Below, one piece after another: positions 38,172 to 47,294 of a DNA stretch of 64,000 nt; positions within the stretch are counted from its first letter, which is position 1, and the number at the start of each line of letters is the position of its first letter. Made by a program: the position numbers and the translations under genes. The notes under the pieces are model-generated. The model did no database searches. It was not told the origin of the DNA and saw nothing but the letters and a program-made list of their open reading frames with translations. The stretch comes from a virus (lineage: Duplodnaviria; Caudoviricetes): IMG/VR virus record IMGVR_UViG_3300023174_000037; one strand, written 5' to 3'.

Positions 38172-38726
38172 ATTCATATGTAAGGCCACTAAAGCTGCAT
38201 AGCCAATTGCATGTGCGTGTTTGAACACAAATCCCTTAGAGTCGTTGCCGTCCCACACAGAATCAAACACTTCAGTCCAAGGCCGATTTTGTAAATGTGC
38301 TTTTCCTGGACGAATAATACTGATAAATGCAGCCATTCTTGGGATTGAATCCGGACGCATTGACTTTAGTAAATCTATATAGTTTCCTACGTGAACAAGT
38401 TGTTGGGTCCATTCTGTATCAGTCCATAAACGTTCCCACGGTGGTTCTTTTGCTAACATTTTTTGATACTGTTCCGGACTTTTGATCAACTGATACACTG
38501 ACATGTTCAACAGATCAATTTTAAAATAACCCAACTGTTCAGCAGTTTCGTAGTCTATAGCGGCACAAGCATTAACAGGATCATACGGAATATCTGTAAC
38601 GTAAACACCCGAGTTGTGTCTACGCACTTGGCCCTGATGCAGCTGACGTGCTGGTGTGGCACGAATTAACCTTAATAGTTGATCTCTATCGGCTAGGTCA
38701 ATGTCAATGTCTGCGCTCATTACCAA
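38142..38726 (-). CDS. miniature DNA polymerase III alpha (DnaE)-like protein
   Basis: DIDID, HNSGVYV, LGYFKIDLL, IIRPG and FKHAHAIGYA match DnaE motifs in order; probable start 38720 (TAATG coupling). Confidence 0.75.
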   Translation of the reverse strand: MVMSADIDIDLADRDQLLRLIRATPARQLHQGQVRRHNSGVYVTDIPYDPVNACAAIDYETAEQLGYFKIDLLNMSVYQLIKSPEQYQKMLAKEPPWERLWTDTEWTQQLVHVGNYIDLLKSMRPDSIPRMAAFISIIRPGKAHLQNRPWTEVFDSVWDGNDSKGFVFKHAHAIGYAALVALHMNLLDTPDKSN

Positions 38727-39394
38727 CCTGCTTTTGTTAATATATCTCTAGCATACTCTTGATCTGCTGGATAATCTTGAAACTTCTTCATCCAAAAGTC
38801 TGCGTCAATGTATGGCCACACCATGGCTATTTGTGTGGCGTCTAGTTCACTCAAAAACTTCTGTCCAGATTCACTGTTGTAAATAATCCAAGGACTAATA
38901 CGGCCCGCAGTCACAGCATACACCATAGCGTTGGTGTTGCCATAGCGTAAACAATCCTCTGCTGGATGTCCTGACTTTTCTGCCCAATCAATACCAAACT
39001 CCATGGCGCGGGCCAGTGCATCATTTATATTTTCCACACGCAAGTAGTCAGTTAGATATTCTGTGTATACAGTATCCTTGCACCAATGGTCAATTTTTTT
39101 ATTTTGTTTCAATACCCATTCAGTAAAACGTGCTGGATTGATAGCTTTGACGCTGACACAATAACGACCAAACTTTACAAAAGCTCGATAGTAAGGACTT
39201 TCGCAAAAATCGTCATAGGTTTTTAGCTTTGCGCTGCCTTGTGTTAGTTCATAAAACTTGATGTATGAATGAAATCCAAGACGCACACCTGCTTCATCTC
39301 GTTCCATGCGGCGACGTCGCGGTTCACAACTATGCACCGCAAGACTGCTTTCCTTTATAAAATCCTTTTTACAATACTGACAGGTATACTTCAT
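38720..39394 (-). CDS. hypothetical protein with an N-terminal zinc finger
   Basis: YTCQYCKKDFIKESSLAVHSC, a C2H2/C2HC-like pattern. Confidence 0.75.
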   Translation of the reverse strand: MKYTCQYCKKDFIKESSLAVHSCEPRRRRMERDEAGVRLGFHSYIKFYELTQGSAKLKTYDDFCESPYYRAFVKFGRYCVSVKAINPARFTEWVLKQNKKIDHWCKDTVYTEYLTDYLRVENINDALARAMEFGIDWAEKSGHPAEDCLRYGNTNAMVYAVTAGRISPWIIYNSESGQKFLSELDATQIAMVWPYIDADFWMKKFQDYPADQEYARDILTKAGW

Positions 39395-39840
39395 TTCTTT
39401 GTTTCTTGCCCTGAAGCTTTTAAATATTCATCAATGTCTTTTTTAGTATTGATCTCGGCCATCAACTCCAGTTCATCATCCTTGAGATGCGGATACAGTT
39501 CGGCCAATTGTTTTCGTATGCTTCCGGCACCGGGTTCTTTTTTCTTAGGAGCAATCCACTGATGTCGCTGAGTGCCTAGTCCTGGGCTCACAGTTGTGGC
39601 ACACAGCCATTGTAGTTTTGGATGTCGATTGATATTGAAGAAATGTTTATTGAGTCGCTCATTTGTGGCAATCAAGTAAAACTCTTGCAGATCTCGACTG
39701 CCTTGCACACTTGACCCATATCGGATCATCAAGAAGTTGCTGAACTTTTTGCGTTCTTCTGGTGTTAGGCTGTTGTAAAACTCTCGATCCTTACGATCAA
39801 ATACAGCCATTTCATTGTTGATACTAAGTTTATCGCTCAT
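39391..39840 (-). CDS. probable clamp loader small subunit (gp62-like)
   Basis: FLMIRYGS...NERLNK...LQW...HQWIAPKKK resembles gp62-family patterns from memory; replication-cluster context. Confidence 0.5.
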   Translation of the reverse strand: MSDKLSINNEMAVFDRKDREFYNSLTPEERKKFSNFLMIRYGSSVQGSRDLQEFYLIATNERLNKHFFNINRHPKLQWLCATTVSPGLGTQRHQWIAPKKKEPGAGSIRKQLAELYPHLKDDELELMAEINTKKDIDEYLKASGQETKK

Positions 39841-40012
39841 TGGTTTTGATCAATTGATATATCATTATAACACGTTCCAGGGCTTCTTGTAAAGTGAGAT
39901 TGTTTTTGGCCATTCTGCGTATTTCTCTCCACATTTGATCTTCCATAATGTGATCGCGTAAAGGCCTGCCATCACTTGTTCGTGGATCTACATAATCCAT
40001 TGCTATTACCAC
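39830..40012 (-). CDS. hypothetical protein
   Basis: 60 aa, fills the gap; start uncertain. Confidence 0.55.
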   Translation of the reverse strand: MVIAMDYVDPRTSDGRPLRDHIMEDQMWREIRRMAKNNLTLQEALERVIMIYQLIKTNER

Positions 40013-40506
40013 GCCAAGTTATAGTTTACCACTTCACAGTTGCGACTGATATCTTTGACAAAATACACACACTCGGGTTCGGCGCCATCGCTGATCGGAA
40101 CACACAACATTTGACCATTTTTTAACTTAGGAGCATACCAACTTACTTCTTGATAGATGTCAATGATTTCAATGTCTGGAAAGCTGGGTCTGAAACTACT
40201 GAGTGGATTGAATTGAAATGCTTTGAATCCACGATCGTTTATACTGGTCAACGGCAACACTTCAAGGTCGCCAACGTCTGGCTCGCCTATTAGAATCTGC
40301 CAGTCCACTGGCATACGAATTCTGTGCGAACCTATGCGTAGGACCAACGCAGGTGCTGTGAAACTTTCCAAGAAGATTAACGGAATATAGTGATAGTCTG
40401 GGTCTTTAGGATCGCTATTATCAAAAATAGCAAAACGCATGTCATCTACTTCTTCTGGAAGATGGTCTAGATCAAATGGTTCATTGTCAAGTGTTAGTAT
40501 TCTCAT
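40006..40506 (-). CDS. hypothetical protein, possible degenerate Hint fold
   Basis: 166 aa, beta-rich; TTGCAC-16-TATAAT at 40540-40513. Confidence 0.75.
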   Translation of the reverse strand: MRILTLDNEPFDLDHLPEEVDDMRFAIFDNSDPKDPDYHYIPLIFLESFTAPALVLRIGSHRIRMPVDWQILIGEPDVGDLEVLPLTSINDRGFKAFQFNPLSSFRPSFPDIEIIDIYQEVSWYAPKLKNGQMLCVPISDGAEPECVYFVKDISRNCEVVNYNLAW

Positions 40507-40543
40507 AAGTGTATTATAACATAGTTTACTACAAGTGCAACCT

Positions 40544-42004
40544 TTATTTCCATTCTAGTTTCTCTTGTGTAAATGGATAGTTGGCTTCTTTGTAAAACTG
40601 TTTGCGCTTGGTCAAATGGCGCTTGGCAAATTTACAAGTGCTGGTTACATCCCAGATCTGGACGTGGTCTTTGTCTTCCGCTTTTCTAATGCCGCGCCCA
40701 ATTGATTGTATAACGCGGACAAAGCTCTTTCCGGGCTCAACAAGAACCAAATTAAAAATCCTAGGCAAATTAATACCCACAGCGGCCACACCATAAGTCG
40801 CCACAATAATCTTGCCAGTGCTGGTGGCAACTTCATCATATTCATCTTGTCTATCCTTTGCTTTGGTCGCACCTGAAACAAACACTGCCAGGTCACCTAG
40901 TAACTCTACTAGGGCATGACCCCCAGCTACACGATCTACCAACACCAGTGTATTGCCTGTGGCGTTGACCTGAGCAATCAATTGAGCTATTGTTTTTAAT
41001 CTGTCGGGTTCTTCTAACAGAAACTTTAGTTCACTTTGATAGTTGGCGAACTCTGCATGGTCAACCAACTGCACAATGTTCACATGACACTGTGCCAACA
41101 CGCCTTGGCTTTGTAGCTCACTGGCGGTGAGTTTGCCAATAACTGGACCAAGACTACACTTGAGTGCCTGGAACTCAAATGGTTCTTTAGGGATGGTTCC
41201 AGTAAGTCCCCACCGAATAGGCACACGGCTCATTACGCCTGTCAGTAAACTTTTTAATGCGTCGGCTTTGGCCATATGCACTTCATCAACAATAACACAT
41301 ACAACATCTTCAAGAAACTCACCTATAGTGCAATCGCCTACACCGTTCTTTGTGTTTTTAAGTAAGACATTTAGACTTTGCCAAGTGCAAATAGTATGCT
41401 GTCGACCCCATTCTTTACGATCGCCAAAGTAAACACCCACATCCTGTTGCATATTGATGTAGTCTTTTTCTGTCTGCGTTACTAGACTCTTGTTAGGAAC
41501 AATAACAATGGTCCTACCATAAGGTGCCACTGCATTTGATAGTGCGGCTGTGATAACTGTCTTGCCTGCGCCTGTGGCAATCTCTTGTATGCATTGTGGG
41601 TCCGCTAAAAAGTTGTTGATGATCTCAACTTGATAGTCACGCAACACCATTGGTTGCCCTTCTAACGGGTGTCCTTTTCCCCAGGCAATGTGATTAAATG
41701 ATTGCTCAGTGACCGGTTCAAACTCGAACGTGGTAGAATAGTCTCGTTGATCATCAAGTTCGATGTCATAGTTGAACTTTTCAAGAATAGGAATGATCTC
41801 TGGCAACAGGTTTACATAAGTGCTACCGCCCAGTTGGAAATAACTGACCTTGCCGTCCCAACGGCCAAGTCTAACTGCTGGAAGATATCTGGCACCTGGT
41901 ACATCATATTTAAATGCCGTGACCAATGCACGACGAGCATCAAGCTCGAGACCTTCTATTTTGATATTGACTTCATCACGGATTATAATTTTGGCTGTTC
42001 GCAT
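40544..42004 (-). CDS. uvsW: UvsW-like SF2 DNA helicase
   Basis: LRDYQ, ATGAGKT, VDEVH, GLTGT, VGINLP, QSIGRGIR. Confidence 0.85.
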   Translation of the reverse strand: MRTAKIIIRDEVNIKIEGLELDARRALVTAFKYDVPGARYLPAVRLGRWDGKVSYFQLGGSTYVNLLPEIIPILEKFNYDIELDDQRDYSTTFEFEPVTEQSFNHIAWGKGHPLEGQPMVLRDYQVEIINNFLADPQCIQEIATGAGKTVITAALSNAVAPYGRTIVIVPNKSLVTQTEKDYINMQQDVGVYFGDRKEWGRQHTICTWQSLNVLLKNTKNGVGDCTIGEFLEDVVCVIVDEVHMAKADALKSLLTGVMSRVPIRWGLTGTIPKEPFEFQALKCSLGPVIGKLTASELQSQGVLAQCHVNIVQLVDHAEFANYQSELKFLLEEPDRLKTIAQLIAQVNATGNTLVLVDRVAGGHALVELLGDLAVFVSGATKAKDRQDEYDEVATSTGKIIVATYGVAAVGINLPRIFNLVLVEPGKSFVRVIQSIGRGIRKAEDKDHVQIWDVTSTCKFAKRHLTKRKQFYKEANYPFTQEKLEWK

Positions 42005-42038
42005 TGTGCTAGTATAGCATACTTATTATAACAAAGTC

Positions 42039-42096
42039 AAAAAAACAGGTATCTTTTTACAGATACCTGTCAAAAATGGGCAGTTTGCACTGCCCA
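42039..42096 (-). terminator. two tandem Rho-independent terminators
   Basis: Stems ACAGGTATCT/AGATACCTGT (42045-42070) and TGGGCAGT/ACTGCCCA (42077-42096), each followed by a U-run on the minus strand. Confidence 0.8.
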
Positions 42097-42108
42097 GGAG
42101 CTACCATA

Positions 42109-43134
42109 TTAACTGTTCTTCATACAGGTGCTAGCGGCCAATGCCTTCCAGTTATCACCTGATACTTTGGTCAAGTCTGCAATCTTCAATGCCATACGCA
42201 GGCTCATTTCACGCAGGCGACTTTGATTGGCATCCATAAAATTAATGATCTCATCGCCTTGCTCCGGCGTAAAATCGTAGTCTGCGAACAACTCACCTTT
42301 GAGGTAAATCTGCTTGATACGCAAGAAGCGATCACGCATGGTGTTGAGCGTAAGATCCAGGAAGTGACAACGACTCTGCAAGGCTTCCAAGTGGTCTTGC
42401 AACTTCTTGCTCTTGAGGTTGCTGAACTGTAGGTTGGTAATAAAGATGCACGAACCTTTGAAGTCAAACATGTCTGGAACACCTTCACGGCGCAACATGG
42501 CACTATCACTGTTCCAGTAGATGCGGCGTTTCTTACCCGAGTCCAATGCGGCTTTGAGAATGTTCAAGCTCAAGTCGTCTTGGAACACTGAGTCACAGTC
42601 ATCAAACACCAGGACGTTGTTCTTGTCTGAATGTTTGTATAGAGTGCAATACAGACCAATTGGAGTCATTGCGCCTTTGATCACTTCGTACTTGACTCGA
42701 CGACCACTCAACTGATCAAACAAGCCACTATGCTCCAACTGTTTTTCTACACCATAACTCTTGCCTACACCAGGAGGGCCAACCACAATCATTGCACGGA
42801 CGTCACCAGCAATAGTGGCCTTGGTCATTTGATCAAGGATGTCAAAACGTTCGCCAATACGGGCAATAACTTCTTCATCAGTCTCTACTGGTGCCTTGGC
42901 ATGAGTCTGGGCAACAGGAGCCACAGCGGTAGCACCAGAAGTAAACTCTACATCTTCGATGCTGTTTACACGGATACGAACTACATCTGGTGTATCTTCA
43001 CCAAAGTAGCCTTCTGCATTTACTGTCACATAGCCTCCTTTGGCTCCAGTTTGGTAACCCTTTACTAGGTTAAAGGTCACATTGTTTACGGGTTGATTAC
43101 GATACGATCCGTGTTTTACAAGAATTGTAGACAT
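42109..43134 (-). CDS. AAA+ ATPase of unknown function
   Basis: GPPGVGKS, VFDDCD, FITN, ALQSR; SD AAGGAG. Confidence 0.85.
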   Translation of the reverse strand: MSTILVKHGSYRNQPVNNVTFNLVKGYQTGAKGGYVTVNAEGYFGEDTPDVVRIRVNSIEDVEFTSGATAVAPVAQTHAKAPVETDEEVIARIGERFDILDQMTKATIAGDVRAMIVVGPPGVGKSYGVEKQLEHSGLFDQLSGRRVKYEVIKGAMTPIGLYCTLYKHSDKNNVLVFDDCDSVFQDDLSLNILKAALDSGKKRRIYWNSDSAMLRREGVPDMFDFKGSCIFITNLQFSNLKSKKLQDHLEALQSRCHFLDLTLNTMRDRFLRIKQIYLKGELFADYDFTPEQGDEIINFMDANQSRLREMSLRMALKIADLTKVSGDNWKALAASTCMKNS

Positions 43135-43170
43135 TTTTTAGCTCCTTAACTATGTTGTTAATATGTGTAT

Positions 43171-43199
43171 ATTATACGCGAAATGGATTTAATGGTCAA
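43171..43199 (-). promoter_or_regulatory. sigma70-type promoter
   Basis: TTGACC-17-TATAAT. Confidence 0.85.
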
Positions 43200-43204
43200 C
43201 CGGC

Positions 43205-43360
43205 TTAAACGCCACAGGCTTCAAGGAATCGAGCCTGGTTGAACCTAGGATTAGTAGTCTGTGCTACCTTACAGAATGCCTCGGCTGTGATGCGGGCTGA
43301 CTTACGATCTGACATTTGGCTAATTTCTTTAGCCATTGCTATAAAGTGTTTTTTAGTCAT
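43205..43360 (-). CDS. 51-aa early protein
   Basis: MTKKHFIAMAKEI...NPRFNQARFLEACGV; SD AGGAG; not in the track. Confidence 0.7.
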   Translation of the reverse strand: MTKKHFIAMAKEISQMSDRKSARITAEAFCKVAQTTNPRFNQARFLEACGV

Positions 43361-43381
43361 TTCTGCTCCTGTTTTGTTAGT

Positions 43382-43422
43382 CTATACAAGTATTATAGCA
43401 AATGGGCAATTTCTGGTCAACC
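43382..43422 (-). repeat. early promoter module, copy 3
   Basis: TTGACC-17-TATAAT; 37/41 identical to 13635-13675. Confidence 0.85.
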
Positions 43423-43474
43423 ATAAAAAAACCCTCCAAAATGAAGGGTTTTTGTAGGTAAGTGTTCACTAACT

Positions 43475-43960
43475 TTAATCGTCTAATAATCCTGGAACAG
43501 ACACAGTAATATCATGTTCAAATATTGATCCAGGTTCCACTGTCCACTGCCAGGTTCCTTTTCCTATTAGTCGATCTGCTTTTTGTTTTTTGCCATTAAT
43601 AGTTACTTCGTCACCGCGGGGGTCAGCAATACCAGCAGGATCTATTTCAACAACATCTACATATTCATCCGGTCCGATACTATAAGAAATTGCTCCCATA
43701 TTAAGTTCAGCGTAATTCGCTACAATTTGCCCAAATCTTACTGCAGATTTATCCACAGTGATTACCATGTGTTTAGTTCCTATAAAATCCATTGGAATTT
43801 CAAATGTGAATATAGTTGGCGCATGGTCAAAATGTTGATTGTGTTGTGTCATTTCAACTAGGTTGACGCTACCAGAAAATACTGTTTCCCCATCTAACAC
43901 AGCGGTAAGTTCAGCTTGCCCTGTGCCCCAACCTAATACTTTTACTGTTCTAGTTGTCAT
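43475..43960 (-). CDS. hypothetical protein
   Basis: 161 aa, beta-rich; SD AAAGGA. Confidence 0.7.
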   Translation of the reverse strand: MTTRTVKVLGWGTGQAELTAVLDGETVFSGSVNLVEMTQHNQHFDHAPTIFTFEIPMDFIGTKHMVITVDKSAVRFGQIVANYAELNMGAISYSIGPDEYVDVVEIDPAGIADPRGDEVTINGKKQKADRLIGKGTWQWTVEPGSIFEHDITVSVPGLLDD

Positions 43961-43986
43961 TGATTATCCTTTGTTTAATATTTGTG

Positions 43987-44748
43987 TTACTTACGTTCAA
44001 TATCTTCTTCGACGCAATTATTACCGTATTGTATTTCTACAATTTTTAACGGATGATCAGTTTCATTACATAACTGATGCCATTCATTACAATTGATATG
44101 TATATGAGTGTGCGGACCAAATTTGCCCAATAACTCTGCATCACTTTTTCTATTTATACCATAAACTGTAGCTGTGCCTTCGGCAACGTGCCAGTGTTCA
44201 GCGCGATCTTGATGACGTTGCATACTAAGTTGTTGGCCTGGCAATACTGTAAGTTCTTTAACTTTGGTGCCAGGCACATCATGCAATACTCGATAATATC
44301 CCCACGGGCGTTCAGTTTTAGGTGATTTCCATTCTTCTAAAATCCAACTACTGCTATTGGCTTTATTAAACCCACCAACGCCGAAAGCAAATTGCAAGTT
44401 GTTGTCATCGACGTCCATTTCTGGAATATTTGCTTGTGTGCGGTCGCCACCATTGGCAAAGATAATTTTATCATTAGGATAATGTGCTCGAACTTGCTGT
44501 AGCAAATGGCAAGCGGTTCCATCGTCATCGTCAAACGTATACACTTCGTCCACCGAGGACAAATTGTTTAGGACACACAGGCGTTCATTCCAGGGCATAA
44601 ATGCACGGCCTTTTTTACGGGCCAGCCACTCATCGCTATTGATGCCTACGATTAACAGGTCGCCCAACAAGCGGGCTTCTTTTATCATCCGGATATGGCC
44701 AGAATGTATTGGGTCAAACCCACCGCTTACTACCACTATTTTTTTCAT
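43987..44748 (-). CDS. cytidylyltransferase (HIGH-type) fused to a mannose-6-phosphate isomerase-like cupin
   Basis: SGGFDPIHSGH...GINSD...KKG; C-terminal RPWGYY...LSMQRHQDRAEHW; TATAAATA at 44754-44761. Confidence 0.88.
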   Translation of the reverse strand: MKKIVVVSGGFDPIHSGHIRMIKEARLLGDLLIVGINSDEWLARKKGRAFMPWNERLCVLNNLSSVDEVYTFDDDDGTACHLLQQVRAHYPNDKIIFANGGDRTQANIPEMDVDDNNLQFAFGVGGFNKANSSSWILEEWKSPKTERPWGYYRVLHDVPGTKVKELTVLPGQQLSMQRHQDRAEHWHVAEGTATVYGINRKSDAELLGKFGPHTHIHINCNEWHQLCNETDHPLKIVEIQYGNNCVEEDIERK

Positions 44749-44766
44749 GCAAATATTTATAGCCCG

Positions 44767-45516
44767 TTAAACGGCCATGCTTAATAAACTACCGTCAATC
44801 CAAGGAACGACTAAATCCTGTTGTCTCAGAGCACTGTGGGCATAAATGCTTTTTACAGCAGACTGGGGCAACAGATTCTGTTCTACCAGTGTGTGCCAAC
44901 TGATGTCTTGTGGATTTTGCGGAGGTTGACTACTTTTGTAAACCACTGCATGTATCCATGGCTCTGTAAGTGTTTGTTTAAAAAACCCAGCGCCGCAGTC
45001 CCATCCGGCTGTGGCCAACATATACATAAGACTGACCATGGTGTGATGATAGTAGTGCCCATTGGGCAACACATACGAAAGTTGTCGACGATGTATTTGT
45101 TGAGTCACTGGCACAGTTAGTGATAACATGCCGCCTGGGCTAGCAATATGCCACCAATTACTCAGTGTTTGTATTGGATTGATGGCACACTGAAACGCAT
45201 CGTGGCACCATAACACATCAAACCCATCAGCTGGGGCAGTTATTTTATTTTCAAAATTAACTTGCTGATATGTTATGTTTTCGTACCTAGCAGCAACTGA
45301 CAAGTTTTCATGTAGGTCAACACCATGACATTCAATGTTTAACGGTTGATGATCATCTTCTCGGGTTGTTCGTGTGGCCCACCAAACTAAATCATCGCCG
45401 TGTCCGCATCCAAGATCAACTACGGTGCGTAAACTGAACATAAAATCATCATGCTCAAATAATTGATTCAGCGTTTCAAGACTATGCTGATGGCTATGTC
45501 CCGGCTGTGTAAACAT
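44767..45516 (-). CDS. class I SAM-dependent methyltransferase
   Basis: VVDLGCGHG, FDVLWCHD, PGGML. Confidence 0.85.
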   Translation of the reverse strand: MFTQPGHSHQHSLETLNQLFEHDDFMFSLRTVVDLGCGHGDDLVWWATRTTREDDHQPLNIECHGVDLHENLSVAARYENITYQQVNFENKITAPADGFDVLWCHDAFQCAINPIQTLSNWWHIASPGGMLSLTVPVTQQIHRRQLSYVLPNGHYYHHTMVSLMYMLATAGWDCGAGFFKQTLTEPWIHAVVYKSSQPPQNPQDISWHTLVEQNLLPQSAVKSIYAHSALRQQDLVVPWIDGSLLSMAV

Positions 45517-45968
45517 TATACCTGCACATCCTCCATACCAGCGGCCCGTAATCTTACAATATGACCGAGCATAAAGTTTTTACTTTCCATTCCTTTAAGA
45601 ATGCCCAAAAATCGATTACGTAGCAATGCAACTTCATTGATCAACGTTTCAAATTCAATAACTTCGTCTTCACCATCAACATACTTTTCAGCGTCACGGC
45701 TGGTCAATGCTCGAGCATAGCCTTCAAGATATTTTTGAAAATGTTTGCGGCGTATTTTACGTAACTGTATATTGAGGTAGTTCAATACCGCTTCAATTTC
45801 TTGCAACTGGTTAAACCTGTGTTCTGTAATCCCTGGCAAAGCTGTAATATTTTTTTCAATAAGTCCGCCAACTCGACAGTCACGTTTGGCTTCATCAAGT
45901 TCTTGTTCATAATGAGTAATAAAATCAGGTATATTACTTAGATCAGCTACAACTTTGCTATACCACAT
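45516..45968 (-). CDS. uvsY: recombination mediator UvsY-like
   Basis: YLEGYARALTSRDAEKYVDGEDEV...KNFMLGHIVRLRAAG; located near recA. Confidence 0.75.
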   Translation of the reverse strand: MWYSKVVADLSNIPDFITHYEQELDEAKRDCRVGGLIEKNITALPGITEHRFNQLQEIEAVLNYLNIQLRKIRRKHFQKYLEGYARALTSRDAEKYVDGEDEVIEFETLINEVALLRNRFLGILKGMESKNFMLGHIVRLRAAGMEDVQV

Positions 45969-46231
45969 TAATTTTCCCAGTCCTCGTCTTCGTCGTAATC
46001 CTCGTCTTCGGCTTCAACTTCTTCTTCCTCAATTTCATCGTGATCTCTGAGGTAACTGGTTAATGCTTTTTTAACGTCACCATCACTTTTGAAAACTGCT
46101 TTGATCTCATCAGCACCAACATCGTTGTCAATTAATACCGATACCAATGTTTCGGCTGCTTCGTCACGATCTACTGTGTTAACATACCTTTTAAGCTCTG
46201 ACCAAATTTCGTTTGCTAATTCAACTGTCAT
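45968..46231 (-). CDS. acidic hypothetical protein
   Basis: 87 aa with a D/E-rich tail. Confidence 0.7.
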   Translation of the reverse strand: MTVELANEIWSELKRYVNTVDRDEAAETLVSVLIDNDVGADEIKAVFKSDGDVKKALTSYLRDHDEIEEEEVEAEDEDYDEDEDWEN

Positions 46232-46233
46232 TA

Positions 46234-47292
46234 TTATTCCTCCGTTGCTGTTTCTTCAGTGGTTACTGTTTCTTTTTGATTTTTAAAATCTAACATTACT
46301 TGATCTAAACATCCGCCTTCGTTACTTTCCCAAGCCTTGCGGAACTGTTTAATTATCTCACCTTCGCTGGTGACAAACATTAAGCGATTTCCATCTTTTT
46401 TAAGAATGCCTTTTTTCTCTGCTAGATCAGTTAATCCACTGTAAGGGTTCATACCTGTTTCGTACGGAATCTTAACCTGCATGCCTTCAAATGGTTTTGC
46501 GTAACGAGTTTTCATTACTTTACAGCCAGCGCGGATACCCATGACTTCACTAATCTTATTGCCATCCTCGTCTTCTTTAAGCTTCATTTTCTTCATGGCA
46601 ACCACAATGCTAGACGCATAGATAAATCCTTGACCACCGGAGATCTTGTCATCTGGGTCAAACATATCCTGACTGGCGTAAGTATGATTCGTACAAACCA
46701 TACCTACATTATAGCCGCCAAACATATTGACTGAATTGCGAACCAGTGCTGTCAATGCTTTAGGCTTGCGACCCATGTCGCCTTTCATGTCGCCTGCTTC
46801 AAACTGATTCACGTCAGTTGGAGTAAGCAACATACCCAACGAGTCAATAACCCACAACACCTTCATGCGCTCGCCATCCGGTAATGCTTTGTAATCAATC
46901 ATAAATGTTGAAATAGCTTTGGCTACATCGTCAATCATGCTCATGTTTAATTTAAGTAACTTGTCCGGGCCGGTGTCTACGCCAAGTGCATGAAGCCATG
47001 TTTCATCCAGGGCGTTTTCTGTATCAACTAGGATAACAAAAATACCTTGCTCTTGTGCATTTTTAACAATGTTGCCACTGCAAATGTAACTTTTACCTGC
47101 ACCGGATTCGCCGGCAAATACTGTAATCTTACCCAGTGGAATACCGCGATTAAAATCTCCGCTGATAAGATAATTCAAGGCAAAGTTGCCTGTTGAGATC
47201 CAGTCAGTTGGATCGTTAAATCCAATGCTTAGGCCTTCAATGCTTTTGGTGATGTCCTTACGGAACTTGCTGATGTCAAATGGTTTTGCCAT
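46234..47292 (-). CDS. uvsX: RecA/UvsX recombinase
   Basis: GESGAGKS, DTENA, VIDSLG, NHTY, SGG...YASS. Confidence 0.93.
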   Translation of the reverse strand: MAKPFDISKFRKDITKSIEGLSIGFNDPTDWISTGNFALNYLISGDFNRGIPLGKITVFAGESGAGKSYICSGNIVKNAQEQGIFVILVDTENALDETWLHALGVDTGPDKLLKLNMSMIDDVAKAISTFMIDYKALPDGERMKVLWVIDSLGMLLTPTDVNQFEAGDMKGDMGRKPKALTALVRNSVNMFGGYNVGMVCTNHTYASQDMFDPDDKISGGQGFIYASSIVVAMKKMKLKEDEDGNKISEVMGIRAGCKVMKTRYAKPFEGMQVKIPYETGMNPYSGLTDLAEKKGILKKDGNRLMFVTSEGEIIKQFRKAWESNEGGCLDQVMLDFKNQKETVTTEETATEE

Positions 47293-47294
47293 GA

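Noticed and set aside
42109-43134. AAA+ ATPase as the clamp loader large subunit gp44
   Set aside because: It has an unrelated N-terminal domain, stands in its own early transcription unit and is not adjacent to the gp62-like gene.
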